From: an uncultured virus (IMG/VR IMGVR_UViG_3300046537_000053)
Taxonomy: Duplodnaviria > Heunggongvirae > Uroviricota > Caudoviricetes > Schitoviridae
Strand: one strand, 5' to 3'
IMG/VR virus record: IMGVR_UViG_3300046537_000053
Length of the DNA: 64,000 bases
In this document: positions 17,351 through 27,452 of the stretch, piece after piece
How the letters are laid out: each line of letters begins with the position of its first letter
Position numbering within the stretch: the stretch's first letter is position 1
The notes under the pieces: model-generated
What the model was told of the DNA's origin: nothing
The model's database searches: none
Seen by the model: the letters and a program-made list of their open reading frames with translations, nothing else
Made by a program: the position numbers and the translations under genes

Positions 17351-18655
17351 GTGACCGTATCCCTCAACACCGGGCAACAGAACGCCGCCGACGCATTCAT
17401 GGCATTCCTCTTCTCGGCCGAAAAGGAATTCATCATCAGCGGACCGGGCGGCGTCGGTAAGACCCACCTGATGAGCTACCTCATCGACGAGACCATGCCC
17501 CGCTACCACGATACCTGCCGGATGATGGGCATTCCCCCGACGTTCACCGACGTCCAGATGACCGCCACCACCAACAAGGCCGCCGAAGTGCTGGCCCAGG
17601 CCACCAGCCGGCCGACCTCGACTGTCCACAGCTTCCTCAACCTGAAGGTCGCCGACAATTACGATACCGGCGAGTCGCGGGTCACCAAGACACTCAACTG
17701 GATGGTCCATGAGAACAAGATCCTGTTCATCGACGAATGCTCGATGATCGACAGCCCGCTCTACACCCTGGTCCAGGAAGGGATGCACGACTCGAAGATC
17801 GTCTATGTCGGTGATCACTGCCAGCTGGCGCCGGTGATGGAGCCAATCAGCCCGATCTACAAGAACCCCGACATCCCGTTCTTTGTGCTCACCGAGCAGA
17901 TGAGAAACGCCGGACAGCCAGCGTTGATGAACGTGTGCCAGCAGCTCCGCGGCACCGTCGAGACCGGCCAGTTCCAGCCGATCCGGATTGTCCCCGGGGT
18001 GATCGACTTGCTCGACGACAACCAGATGCAGGCCGCGATCGCCGCCACCTTCCAGAACCAGACCCGCGACAGCCGGATCCTGGCCTACTCCAACAACCGG
18101 GTGATGATGTACAACGATCACATCCGAGCGTTGCGTCAGCTGCCGGCCGAATATCAGACCGGCGAGCTGCTGGTGAATAACAGCACCATGCAGCTCAAGA
18201 AGGGCCGGCTGTCGGTCGAGGAGGAGATCACCATCCTCAGCCGGGATCCGGATACCGAGCTGGTCGTGATCGATGAGGACGAGCCCAATGCCGTCCTCGA
18301 GATCCGCCGCTGCACCATCCAGACCTCGATCGGCGAGGTGTTCCAGAACATCCCGGTCCCGGTCAACAAGGCCCATCACAAGGCCCTGATGCAATACTAT
18401 GGCAATAAGAAACGCTGGCCGCTCTATTTCCAACTCAAGAACAACTATCCTGACTTTCGTCAGCGTGATGCGGCGACAGTTCATAAGTCACAGGGCTCAA
18501 CCTACGACTCAGTGTTCATTGACTTGGCAAATATCAGCAGTTGCCACCAGCCCCACGTCGTTGCCCGGATGCTCAACGTAGCCTTCTCCCGGGCCCGCAG
18601 CCGCGTGTTCCTCTACGGCCAACTCGCCTCGAAGTACGGCGGCCTGATCATATAA
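17351..18655 (+). CDS. SF1 Dda/RecD-like DNA helicase
   Basis: GPGGVGKT, IDECSM, VGDHCQLAPV, LTEQMR, TVHKSQGST, VAFSRAR. Confidence 0.93.
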   Translation: MTVSLNTGQQNAADAFMAFLFSAEKEFIISGPGGVGKTHLMSYLIDETMPRYHDTCRMMGIPPTFTDVQMTATTNKAAEVLAQATSRPTSTVHSFLNLKVADNYDTGESRVTKTLNWMVHENKILFIDECSMIDSPLYTLVQEGMHDSKIVYVGDHCQLAPVMEPISPIYKNPDIPFFVLTEQMRNAGQPALMNVCQQLRGTVETGQFQPIRIVPGVIDLLDDNQMQAAIAATFQNQTRDSRILAYSNNRVMMYNDHIRALRQLPAEYQTGELLVNNSTMQLKKGRLSVEEEITILSRDPDTELVVIDEDEPNAVLEIRRCTIQTSIGEVFQNIPVPVNKAHHKALMQYYGNKKRWPLYFQLKNNYPDFRQRDAATVHKSQGSTYDSVFIDLANISSCHQPHVVARMLNVAFSRARSRVFLYGQLASKYGGLII

Positions 18656-18666
18656 GGAGACCTGCC

Positions 18667-19194
18667 ATGCCACCCCGGGTCATCAAGTCCAACTATCCCT
18701 CCCGGTTTGCCGTCATCGAAACCATCATCGCCAAGCTGTTCAACCCCGACGACCGGCGCCTCAAGCACTGGGTCGACAAGCTCGATGGCCAGAACCGCGA
18801 GCTCCGCCAGGACAACACCCTGCTCGGCTTCCTTTACCTCGGCCGCTATTTCCGGCCGAGCCATGTCGAGGGCAAGGATCCCATGGGCGTCAAGCCCTGT
18901 CATCCTGACCTCTACTCCAAGATCGAGGCCTACCTCAGCGACGAAAAGCTGGTCGACAGCGACAAGCAGTTCCTGAGGCAGGGACTCTACACGCTCCTGG
19001 ATCCATGCCAGTCGCTGCAGGATGTCCGCGATACCCTGCCCGAATGCCTGGTGCCGTTCCTACCCGAGATCAAGGACATCGATCGCGACCGTGAACCCGG
19101 CTTCACCCTCGAGGGCAATCCGCGGGGTGCTCGACAATTCGAGAAGCTCCGCGATAAGCTCGAGGCCTATGCCGTCTCTGGGATCATCTTCTGA
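18667..19194 (+). CDS. N4 gp38-like hypothetical protein
   Basis: AAGGAG RBS; lies between helicase and polymerase; QDVRDTLPECL motif. Confidence 0.75.
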   Translation: MPPRVIKSNYPSRFAVIETIIAKLFNPDDRRLKHWVDKLDGQNRELRQDNTLLGFLYLGRYFRPSHVEGKDPMGVKPCHPDLYSKIEAYLSDEKLVDSDKQFLRQGLYTLLDPCQSLQDVRDTLPECLVPFLPEIKDIDRDREPGFTLEGNPRGARQFEKLRDKLEAYAVSGIIF

Positions 19195-21851
19195 TGCGCT
19201 TTGCCTACTTCCATTCGCCACCGGAACGCTCAAGCTACCCGGTCTGTGTCCTGGCTCCAGCTATCATGAAGAGCCAGATCGAACACACCTACCTCCACCC
19301 GTTCGGGATCAACGTCGACGACGTGCTGATCCTCGACCTGCACCGCAGCGAGGGCACCAAGAAGACGCCGGCCGCGGAGATGAAGGCCTACATCGAGGAG
19401 GAGCTGGCTCCAGTCCTCAACGACATGAAAGTCCAGTATCTGCTAGTGGCGGATGCTGAGTATTTTAAGACGCTGACCAAAGCGGCCAAAGTCGAAGTCC
19501 ACCTCGGCTATGTGATGGATAGTGTCTGGGGGCCCTGGAAAGTTGTCTATGTGCCCCACTGGGGGCAGGTCTTCTACGATCCGGACAAAGTTAAAGCCAA
19601 AATTGCCCTGGCTGTTCGCGCAATGTGCGAGCACCGCCTCGGGAACTATCAGGCACCGGGCACTTCCATCATCAAATTTGCCGCCTATCCCCTGACTGTG
19701 CAGGAAATTGAGGACTGGCTCGAACGCCTCATTGCCGACGATCGTCCACTCACCTGTGACATCGAAGCATTCAGTCTCAAGCATCACACCGCGGGGATCG
19801 GAACAATCACGTTCTGCTGGTCCAAGCATGAAGGTATAGCTTTCCCCGTAGATCTGCACCCAGAAGCCACTAGGATTAGAGCTTTATTGAAAAGCTTTTT
19901 CCTCCGCTTCACCCAAAAACTAATCTATCATTCCATCAGCTACGACGTCTATGTCCTGATTTATCAGCTGTTTATGGAAGACATCCTCGATACTGAGGGT
20001 CTGCTTGACGGGCTCGAGGTGATGCTCCGCAACTGGGACTGCACCAAGCTGATCACCTACCTGGCCACCAATTCGTGCGCCGGCAATGTGCTCAAGCTCA
20101 AGGTGCTGGCCCAGGAATTCGCTGGCAACTGGGCGGTCGACAGCGAGGATCTCAAGGATATTACCAAGGTCCCGCTGCCCGAGCTGCTCGAATATAATCT
20201 GGTCGACGGCCTATCCACCTGGTTCGTCAAGGAAAAGTACGAGCCAGTGATGGATACGGACCAGCAGCGGGCCCTGTATGAGGGCCTGTTCAAGGACGCC
20301 ACCCGGGACATCATCCAGATGCAGCTTACCGGCCTGCCGCTCTACATGCCGCAGGTCCTGGTGGTCGAGCAGATCCTCGAGGAAATCCAGCAGGATGCCC
20401 TCTACCGGATGATGAACAACCCGGTCTGCCGGCAGTACATCTACGAGATGCAGGTCGAGCATGTCGCCAAGCGCAATGCTGCCCTCAAGAAGAAGCAGAT
20501 CAGCATGGCCGACCAGGAGACCCTGGACGTCACGCTCAACCCGGCTTCACCCGACCAGCTGCAGGGATTGCTCTATGGTTTGATGGGCTTGCCGGTCATT
20601 GCTCGCACCGACACCAAGCAACCGTCCACCGGTGGCAAGGTGCTGAAAGCTCTCAAGAACCACACCAAGGATCCTGACCAGATCGCCCTGCTCGAGTCAT
20701 TGATCGACTGGAAGGCCGTGGTCAAAATGCTGACCGACTTCATCCCGTCGTTCAAGAACGCGGCCCTGGGCCCGGACGGCTGGCATTACCTGTTCGGCAA
20801 CTTCAATCTGGGCGGGACCATTTCCGGCCGGCTCAGCTCCTCTGGACCCAACCTGCAGAACCTGCCGTCGAACGTCTACATGATGATCTCGGCCGCTCTG
20901 CTGGCCAAGTTTCCGCTTCTGGCTCAATACACCAAGAAGGGTGAGCTCAGCCTCGGCAAGCTGATCAAGAGCTGCTTCCGGGCGCCACCCGGCTGGCTAT
21001 TCTGCGGACTCGACTTCGCCAGCCTCGAGGACAAGATCTCGGCCCTGACCACCCGCGATCCCAACAAGCTCAAGGTCTACACCGATGGCTATGACGGCCA
21101 CTGCCTGAGGGCCTATGCCTATTGGCCCCAGCTGATGCCGGACATCGACCCGACATCGGTCGTGTCGATCAACTCGATCGCCAACAAGTACAAGGCGCTC
21201 CGCCAGAAGTCGAAGGTCCCGACCTTCGCCCTAACCTATGACGGCACGTTCAACACGCTGATGACCGGATCCGGCTTGCCGGAGGACGAGGCCAAGCGGA
21301 TCTTCGCCGCCTACCACGAGCTCTACGGCGTCAGCGACGACTGGGTTGCAGCTAAGCTCAACCAGGCGTCGATCGATGGTTTCGTGACAGTGGCCTTCGG
21401 TCTCCGGCTCAGGACACCGCTCCTCAAGCAGACCATCCGCAAGACTCGTAGAACACCCTACGAAGCGGAGGCCGAAGGCCGGTCTGCTGGTAACGCTTTG
21501 GGACAGAGTTGGTGCCTGCTAAATTCACGGGCCTGGACCGAATTCATGCCCAAGGTCCGGGCCAGCAAGTACCGACTCGACATCCGACCTTGTGCCCAGA
21601 TCCACGACGCCGGCTATGCCCTGATCCGGGATGACCTGTCTCCTCTGGTTTACACCAATGAGCATCTGGTCAACGCCACCTTCTGGCAGCAGGATCCGGC
21701 GATCGCCCATCCCGAGGTCCGACTCGGCGGAGAGCTCAGCATCTTCTGGCCGACCTGGGCCGAGGAGTGCATGTTGCCCAATGGAGCCAGGGAAGCCGGG
21801 ATCCTCTCGGCGATTGCTGATCACGAGAGGGCTTTACAGCCCAATCCCTGA
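19194..21851 (+). CDS. Family A DNA polymerase with 3'-5' exonuclease
   Basis: ExoI DIEAFS, YNLVD, GTISGRLSS...NLQN, motif A DFASLE, motif B RQKSKVPTFALTY, motif C QIHDA. Confidence 0.96.
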   Translation: MRFAYFHSPPERSSYPVCVLAPAIMKSQIEHTYLHPFGINVDDVLILDLHRSEGTKKTPAAEMKAYIEEELAPVLNDMKVQYLLVADAEYFKTLTKAAKVEVHLGYVMDSVWGPWKVVYVPHWGQVFYDPDKVKAKIALAVRAMCEHRLGNYQAPGTSIIKFAAYPLTVQEIEDWLERLIADDRPLTCDIEAFSLKHHTAGIGTITFCWSKHEGIAFPVDLHPEATRIRALLKSFFLRFTQKLIYHSISYDVYVLIYQLFMEDILDTEGLLDGLEVMLRNWDCTKLITYLATNSCAGNVLKLKVLAQEFAGNWAVDSEDLKDITKVPLPELLEYNLVDGLSTWFVKEKYEPVMDTDQQRALYEGLFKDATRDIIQMQLTGLPLYMPQVLVVEQILEEIQQDALYRMMNNPVCRQYIYEMQVEHVAKRNAALKKKQISMADQETLDVTLNPASPDQLQGLLYGLMGLPVIARTDTKQPSTGGKVLKALKNHTKDPDQIALLESLIDWKAVVKMLTDFIPSFKNAALGPDGWHYLFGNFNLGGTISGRLSSSGPNLQNLPSNVYMMISAALLAKFPLLAQYTKKGELSLGKLIKSCFRAPPGWLFCGLDFASLEDKISALTTRDPNKLKVYTDGYDGHCLRAYAYWPQLMPDIDPTSVVSINSIANKYKALRQKSKVPTFALTYDGTFNTLMTGSGLPEDEAKRIFAAYHELYGVSDDWVAAKLNQASIDGFVTVAFGLRLRTPLLKQTIRKTRRTPYEAEAEGRSAGNALGQSWCLLNSRAWTEFMPKVRASKYRLDIRPCAQIHDAGYALIRDDLSPLVYTNEHLVNATFWQQDPAIAHPEVRLGGELSIFWPTWAEECMLPNGAREAGILSAIADHERALQPNP

Positions 21852-21928
21852 TCGCTACCCCTATTTATGCTGAGCTTTTGCTCGGTTCGCAGTTCCGTGG
21901 GGGAACTGCCCATCACATCGGAGTAATC

Positions 21929-22357
21929 ATGGGAAACCGCTCGCGACCCAACGACCGTCGTCATCATTGGCTCGGCAGCTTCAAGCTGATGTTCCTTCTT
22001 CCCGGCCAGGAAGAAGTTAGCCATTTCGAACACAATGTCACCCTGACGAACAAGGCCAAATTCGTCACCGCCAACATGATCGGCGAGGCCCAGCAGGCCG
22101 TCCAGATGCACCTCCTTCAGGAGGTCAAGGACCCGACCATCCAAATGATCAGCTGCCATATTCAGGGCGTGCATTATTTGGGTGAAATGTCTGCGGAAGA
22201 GTTCTATACCCCTCCTCCCGTTTCAGAAGAAGCGGCACCGGAGGGTGGGACTTCCGAAGCAGCTGAACCTCTGACACCGGTCGGTGTCAAAGACCCCTTC
22301 GCAACGAAGGCAGCACCTGTCCCAAGCTCCGACTCAGCGATCCCTGCAGAGGGATAA
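21929..22357 (+). CDS. Hypothetical protein (N4 gp41-like position)
   Basis: GGAG RBS; YLGEMSAEEF motif; acidic Pro-rich tail. Confidence 0.75.
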   Translation: MGNRSRPNDRRHHWLGSFKLMFLLPGQEEVSHFEHNVTLTNKAKFVTANMIGEAQQAVQMHLLQEVKDPTIQMISCHIQGVHYLGEMSAEEFYTPPPVSEEAAPEGGTSEAAEPLTPVGVKDPFATKAAPVPSSDSAIPAEG

Positions 22358-22395
22358 GTGCCGGTATTCTCCGGCTTTGTTGAAGGAGATGTGAC

Positions 22396-22452
22396 TTGTA
22401 TCGCAACTCTGTAGTGGAAGAGCAGCTCGAACTGCCTTTTCCACGCTCGTAA
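22396..22452 (+). CDS. 18-aa micropeptide MYRNSVVEEQLELPFPRS with clamp-binding-like motif
   Basis: AAGGAG at 22383-22388, 7 nt before TTG; upstream in-frame TGA; stop TAA at 22450-22452. Confidence 0.5.
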   Translation: MYRNSVVEEQLELPFPRS

Positions 22453-22495
22453 CGGCAACTCTGATAGCACACTAGCCTAAGTGTTGCCAAATGAT

Positions 22496-22527
22496 TGGGG
22501 CCCGGACTTGTTCCGGGCTCCAGTTTT
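22496..22527 (+). terminator. Intrinsic terminator
   Basis: TGGGGCCCGGA/TCCGGGCTCCA then GTTTT. Confidence 0.65.
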
Positions 22528-22552
22528 CCCTCTCGCGCCCGAGGAAAAACCC

Positions 22553-23548
22553 ATGAAAGTCGGCAATCAGCTCAACATCAATCTGCCCATGGCAGTTTGG
22601 TTGCTCCATGACGAATATGACTACGTCAGCAAGCCCAACTATTACAGCGTCACCACCCTGATGAAGCCGCTCCGGCAGATCCTGCTGCCCGGACGGATCC
22701 CTCCCAGCGAGGTCCAGGCCGACGTTTCCGAATTCATCGCTCGCAAGTATGGCCATGCCATCCACGACTCGATCGAACGAGCCTGGGAAAACGGCAACCA
22801 TCGCCGGCCGCTGGCCCTGATGGGCTATCCCGAGGAGATCATTGATCGCATCGCGGTCAACCCAACCGACGACGAGCGCCGGGCATCCAACGAAATGATC
22901 CCGGTCTACCTCGAGCAGCGGATGTTCCGCGAGCTCACCATCGACGGCGTCACCTACACCATCGGCGGCAAATTCGACATGGTGGCGGACGGGATCGTCC
23001 AGGATGCCAAGTCGACCAGCGTCTGGGCGTTCATCAAGAACGACAAGGACGATACCTACAGCGACCAGATGAGCAAGTATCGCTGGCTCGATGCGGGGCA
23101 GCCGCTCCGCAAGATCGACCAGGATTACGGGATCATCAACTTCGTCTTCACCGACTGGCAGAAGGCCATGATCCGCCAGGCCGGCTACCCGCAAAAGCGG
23201 ATCGAGGCGAAGAACATCCCGTTGAAATCATTGGCCCAAACCGAGGCCGAGATCATCGAGAAGCTGCGGCTGATCGCCCGCTACAAGGACGTCCCGGAAA
23301 GGGATCTCCCGGAATGCACCGACAAGGAGTTGTGGCGGTCCGAACCCGTTTACAAATACTACGGGGACCCGGCCAAGATGAACGATCCGGCCGCCAAGCC
23401 CTCGAAGAATTTCGACAACCTCAGCGATGCCAACAAGCACCTGGCCGAAAAGGGCAAGGGAGCCATCAAGACAGTCCTCGGCGAACCCAAGGCCTGCGGC
23501 TTCTGTGCCGGGTTCGATGCCTGCACCCAGAAGGATAAATATCTATGA
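22553..23548 (+). CDS. PD-(D/E)xK (Cas4/RecB-like) exonuclease (N4 gp42-like)
   Basis: GHAIH, LEQR, GGKFDMV, DAKSTS; C-terminal CGFC...C cluster; GAGGA RBS before ATG 22553. Confidence 0.85.
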   Translation: MKVGNQLNINLPMAVWLLHDEYDYVSKPNYYSVTTLMKPLRQILLPGRIPPSEVQADVSEFIARKYGHAIHDSIERAWENGNHRRPLALMGYPEEIIDRIAVNPTDDERRASNEMIPVYLEQRMFRELTIDGVTYTIGGKFDMVADGIVQDAKSTSVWAFIKNDKDDTYSDQMSKYRWLDAGQPLRKIDQDYGIINFVFTDWQKAMIRQAGYPQKRIEAKNIPLKSLAQTEAEIIEKLRLIARYKDVPERDLPECTDKELWRSEPVYKYYGDPAKMNDPAAKPSKNFDNLSDANKHLAEKGKGAIKTVLGEPKACGFCAGFDACTQKDKYL

Positions 23549-25719
23549 TCGACCTATCCGGCGTCGAGCACCACCCCGCGATCACCGACATGGTCGCGGT
23601 GCTCTGCAACAAGACCCAGAACACGGACACCGGTTTCTTCAAGACCGAGGCCGCTTATTTCCTGGGCAAGATGGCCAGCAACATGCGGGCCACCATCGTC
23701 ACCAAGGACCGCGGTGACATCCCGGTCAACATCTACGCCCTGGCTCTGGCCACCTCGGGCTACGGCAAGGGCCACTCGGTCAGCCTGATCGAGGAGGAAT
23801 TCCTCAAGCCATTCCAGCGTCGCTTCCAGGAGGACACCTTCCAGGTGATCGCCGAGAAGACGCTGTGGGACCTAGCCAACACGCGGGCCCTCCGCAACAA
23901 CACGACCCAGCAGGAGGAATATGACTCAGCCCTCAAGGAATTCCGGCTCGCCGGCGCCTTTCCTTTCACGTTCGATAGCGGCACGACGCCTGCTGTTAAG
24001 CAGCTCCGCCATAAGCTGCTACTCGGCGGATCCGGGTCGATTAATCTCCAGATCGACGAGATCGGGTCTAATCTTATCGGGCAAACTGAGGTACTTACCC
24101 TATTCCTGGAGCTATACGATCAGGGACGGGTTAAGCAAAAGCTGGTCAAGAACACTGTGGACAACCAGCGCAACGAAGAGCTAGACGGCCGCACTCCGAC
24201 CAACATGCTGCTGTTCGGTACGCCCTCGAAGCTGTTCGATGGCGGCCAGACCGAGGACCAGTTCTACTCGTTCCTCGATACCGGTTATGCCCGGCGTTGC
24301 ATCTTCGGCATGGGCGCCCAGCACAAGCGGGCTCATGCCGAGCTGACCCCGGAAGAGATCTATCAGCGGCTGATCCAGCCGACCAATGTCCAGGCGATCA
24401 ACGTCTGGGCAACCCACTTCCACAGCCTCGCTGACCCGGCCATGTTCGGCTGGCGGATGCAGGTCGAGGACGAGGTCGGGATCCAGCTGATGGCCTACAA
24501 GGTCAGCTGCGAGCGGGAAGCCGACAAGCTCCCCGAGCATGACGAGATCCGCAAGGCCGAGCTGGCACACCGCTACTTCAAGGCCCTCAAGCTGGCCGGC
24601 GCCTACGCCTTCGTCGACAAGTCGAACGAGGTCGAAATGGACCACCTGCTGCAGGCGATCCTGCTGGTCGAGGAGTCGGGGGCTGCCTTCCAGCAGATCC
24701 TCAGCCGCGAGAAGAGCTACGTCAAGCTGGCCAAGTACATTGCCGATGTCGGCACCGAACTGACCCACGCCGACCTATTCGAGGCCTTGCCCTTCTATGG
24801 CTCCTCGAACCAGCGACGCAACGAGCAGATGGCCCTGGCCATTGCCTGGGGCTACAAGCGCCACATCATCATCAAGAAGTCGTTCAACGACGGCATCGAG
24901 CTATTTACTGGCGAGAAGCTCAAAGAGACCAACCTCGAGGAGATGATCGTCAGCTATTCCGATCACTGGGCCTATAACTATGTCAGTGAGCCGGCGCCGT
25001 TCGACAAGCTCCACCTGCTGACCCAGGGCGCCAACCTGCACTGGGCCAACCACTCGTTCCGCAACAACCATCGGATGGAAGAGAATGTGAACCCCGGGTT
25101 CAACATGATCGTCATCGATGTCGACGGCGGGGTGACGCTCGAGACGGTCCATGAGCTACTCGCCGAGTACAAGTTCATGACCTCGACCACCAAGCGCCAC
25201 CAGGGTACCGATCCGGAAACCGGCAACTATCTCGGCGACCGGTTCCGGTTGATCATCCCGATCAACTATCACCTGCAGCTCGACTCGGACGAGTACAAGG
25301 AATTCATGAACAACGTCATGACCTGGCTGCCTTTCCCGACCGACGCCGCGGCCAATCAGCGGTCCAAGAAGTGGGAAGGGTTTGGTGGCAGCCTGGTCCA
25401 TTACAACATGGAGGGCGAGACCCTCGATGCCCTGGACTTCATCCCGAAGACCAGCCGCAACGAGGCCTATCAGAACCAGAACAAGGAGCTGATGAGCCTC
25501 GACAATCTGGAACGCTGGTTCGCCGGCCGGATCACGTCTGGCAACCGCAACAACCAGATGATCAAATATGCCCTGGCATTGGTCGATGGGGGCATGAGCC
25601 TGATCGAGGTCAACAAGCAGGTCCACGCCTTCAATGCCAAGCTCTCCAATCCGCTCAAGGAAGACGAGATCGACACGACCATCATGGTCACGGTTGGCAA
25701 GCGTTATCATACCAACTAA
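23545..25719 (+). CDS. N4-type primase (P-loop N-terminus, AEP-like C-terminus, PriCT-like tail)
   Basis: ATSGYGKG, IDEIG, IDVDGG, TTKRH, RFRLIIP, GNRNN. Confidence 0.88.
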   Translation: MIDLSGVEHHPAITDMVAVLCNKTQNTDTGFFKTEAAYFLGKMASNMRATIVTKDRGDIPVNIYALALATSGYGKGHSVSLIEEEFLKPFQRRFQEDTFQVIAEKTLWDLANTRALRNNTTQQEEYDSALKEFRLAGAFPFTFDSGTTPAVKQLRHKLLLGGSGSINLQIDEIGSNLIGQTEVLTLFLELYDQGRVKQKLVKNTVDNQRNEELDGRTPTNMLLFGTPSKLFDGGQTEDQFYSFLDTGYARRCIFGMGAQHKRAHAELTPEEIYQRLIQPTNVQAINVWATHFHSLADPAMFGWRMQVEDEVGIQLMAYKVSCEREADKLPEHDEIRKAELAHRYFKALKLAGAYAFVDKSNEVEMDHLLQAILLVEESGAAFQQILSREKSYVKLAKYIADVGTELTHADLFEALPFYGSSNQRRNEQMALAIAWGYKRHIIIKKSFNDGIELFTGEKLKETNLEEMIVSYSDHWAYNYVSEPAPFDKLHLLTQGANLHWANHSFRNNHRMEENVNPGFNMIVIDVDGGVTLETVHELLAEYKFMTSTTKRHQGTDPETGNYLGDRFRLIIPINYHLQLDSDEYKEFMNNVMTWLPFPTDAAANQRSKKWEGFGGSLVHYNMEGETLDALDFIPKTSRNEAYQNQNKELMSLDNLERWFAGRITSGNRNNQMIKYALALVDGGMSLIEVNKQVHAFNAKLSNPLKEDEIDTTIMVTVGKRYHTN

Positions 25720-25788
25720 GGCGGCAGGACCCGGGCTAGAGGTTTCTTTGGCTCGGGTCTGTCGCCACCCGGTTAAAAAGGAAGCAGC

Positions 25789-26520
25789 ATGTCCCAAGAT
25801 ATGAACGATCAGCTAGTCCTGATCGGCGGTCCCTCGGGTGCCGGAAAGTCGGCCAGCCTGAGGAAGATCCGCAACCAAGAGAAGTGGATGTACCTCAACA
25901 CCGAGGCCGGCAAGCGACTGCCGTTCCAGAATAACTTTTGGAACCTCAGGATCTCCGATCCGTGGCAGGTCCACGAAGCATTCGACCATGCCATGGCCAA
26001 CCCCGACAAGGTTGACGGCATCATCATCGATACCGCCACCTTCCTGTTCGACATGTACGAGTCGATGTACGTCCTCAACGCGGCCAACACCATGAAGGCC
26101 TGGGGCGATTTCGCCCAGTTCTGGAAGACGCTACTCCAGCTCAAGGTCGTCCAGTTCGGCAAGCCGGTCATCATCCTCGCCCACACGCTCGAGACGCTCG
26201 ACGAAAAGGCGATGGAATATAAGACCGCGGTGCCGGTCAAGGGCGCCCTCAAGAACCAGGGCATCGAGGCCTATTTCTCGACCGTGGTCTCGGCCAAGAA
26301 GGTCAACCTCAAGGAGCTCGAAGCCTATGGCTCGGAGCTGCTCGACATCACCGAGGACGATAAGGAGCTTGGCTACAAGCACGTCTTCCAGTGCCGCTTG
26401 ACCAAAGCCACAGTCGGCGAACGGATCAGGTCCCCGATGGGCCTGTTCGATCGGTCGCAGACCTACATGGACAACGACGCTCAGCTCTTGCTGGATCACC
26501 TCCACAAGTTCTATCACTAA
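25789..26520 (+). CDS. Sak4-like AAA ATPase (N4 gp44-like)
   Basis: GPSGAGKS, NTEAG, IIIDT, ILAH; next to SSB. Confidence 0.85.
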   Translation: MSQDMNDQLVLIGGPSGAGKSASLRKIRNQEKWMYLNTEAGKRLPFQNNFWNLRISDPWQVHEAFDHAMANPDKVDGIIIDTATFLFDMYESMYVLNAANTMKAWGDFAQFWKTLLQLKVVQFGKPVIILAHTLETLDEKAMEYKTAVPVKGALKNQGIEAYFSTVVSAKKVNLKELEAYGSELLDITEDDKELGYKHVFQCRLTKATVGERIRSPMGLFDRSQTYMDNDAQLLLDHLHKFYH

Positions 26521-26638
26521 CCAGTTCGAGGCGCCGCGTCAGATGGTGCGATGCGGCGCCTCACCCTATCCGGTCTCCGGGCGGATCCACCGGCACCAAA
26601 AGATCCGACCAACCGCATCCCGATCCAAGGAGAATTAC

Positions 26639-27382
26639 ATGACGGGAATTTTCGGCAACCTCACCACCGAGGGCCTCGAGGAAACTCAAGACCGGCTCGG
26701 TGGCTTCCAGTCCCTGACGACTGGTAGCTACGACATGGACATCGCCGTCGCTTATGCCGGCAAGTCCAGTGGTGGCGCCCAGTTCGTCCATCTGGAAGGC
26801 AAGATCGATGGCCGCGATTATCGCGAGACCATCTATGTCACCAACAAACAGGGAGAAAATTACTTCCTGAATAAGGACGACAAGACCAAAAAGGTCCCGC
26901 TCCCTGGTTTCGTGACCATGGACGAGATCTGCCTGGTGACGACCGATATGCCTCTGTCGGCTCAGCCGACCGAGGAAAAGATCGTCAACGTCTGGGACTC
27001 GGACCAGAAGAAGGAACTGCCCAAATCGGTTCCGGTTCTGACCGCGCTCCTCGGCAAAACGGTCACCCTCGGTATCGGCCAGGTTCTCGAGAACAAGTCC
27101 GTGAAGGACGGCGCCGGCAACTATCAGCCGATCGCCGACACCCGCACGGTCAACAACATCGAGAAGGTGTTCCACGCTGCGACCAAGATCACGGTCCCGG
27201 AAGCCCGTGCCAACAAGGCACCGGAATTCCACGCCGCCTGGGTCGAGCGTAACACCGGCCAGCTCCGCGACAAGCGGACGATTAAGGAAGGCGGCGAAGC
27301 CGGCTCCTCGGGTCGCCCGGGTCAGGGTGCTCCGGCCGCGGGTTCGGCAGCTCCCAAGCAGAGCCTGTTCGGGACCAGCTGA
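26639..27382 (+). CDS. ssb: N4-type single-stranded DNA-binding protein
   Basis: AAGGAG RBS; AYAGKSSGGA, YRETIYVT, LPGF motifs; C-terminal KQSLFG. Confidence 0.85.
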   Translation: MTGIFGNLTTEGLEETQDRLGGFQSLTTGSYDMDIAVAYAGKSSGGAQFVHLEGKIDGRDYRETIYVTNKQGENYFLNKDDKTKKVPLPGFVTMDEICLVTTDMPLSAQPTEEKIVNVWDSDQKKELPKSVPVLTALLGKTVTLGIGQVLENKSVKDGAGNYQPIADTRTVNNIEKVFHAATKITVPEARANKAPEFHAAWVERNTGQLRDKRTIKEGGEAGSSGRPGQGAPAAGSAAPKQSLFGTS

Positions 27383-27452
27383 AAATACGACTGGCCTTTG
27401 TGGCCAGACTAACTAGAGTGGTCCCCGCTCGTAGAGGGTGGGGACCATTTCT

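Noticed and set aside
19194..21851. Intron or intein in polymerase (also considered for terminase and primase)
   Set aside because: ORFs are continuous, of expected size, with no splice or homing endonuclease motifs.
22389..22414. ATG-TGA minigene and 7-codon GTG ORF after AAGGAG
   Set aside because: Spacing of 0-2 nt from the SD is too short; the TTG start at 22396 fits better.
22553..23548. Cas4-like nuclease as evidence of CRISPR-Cas
   Set aside because: No array or other cas genes; standard N4-type replication/recombination gene.
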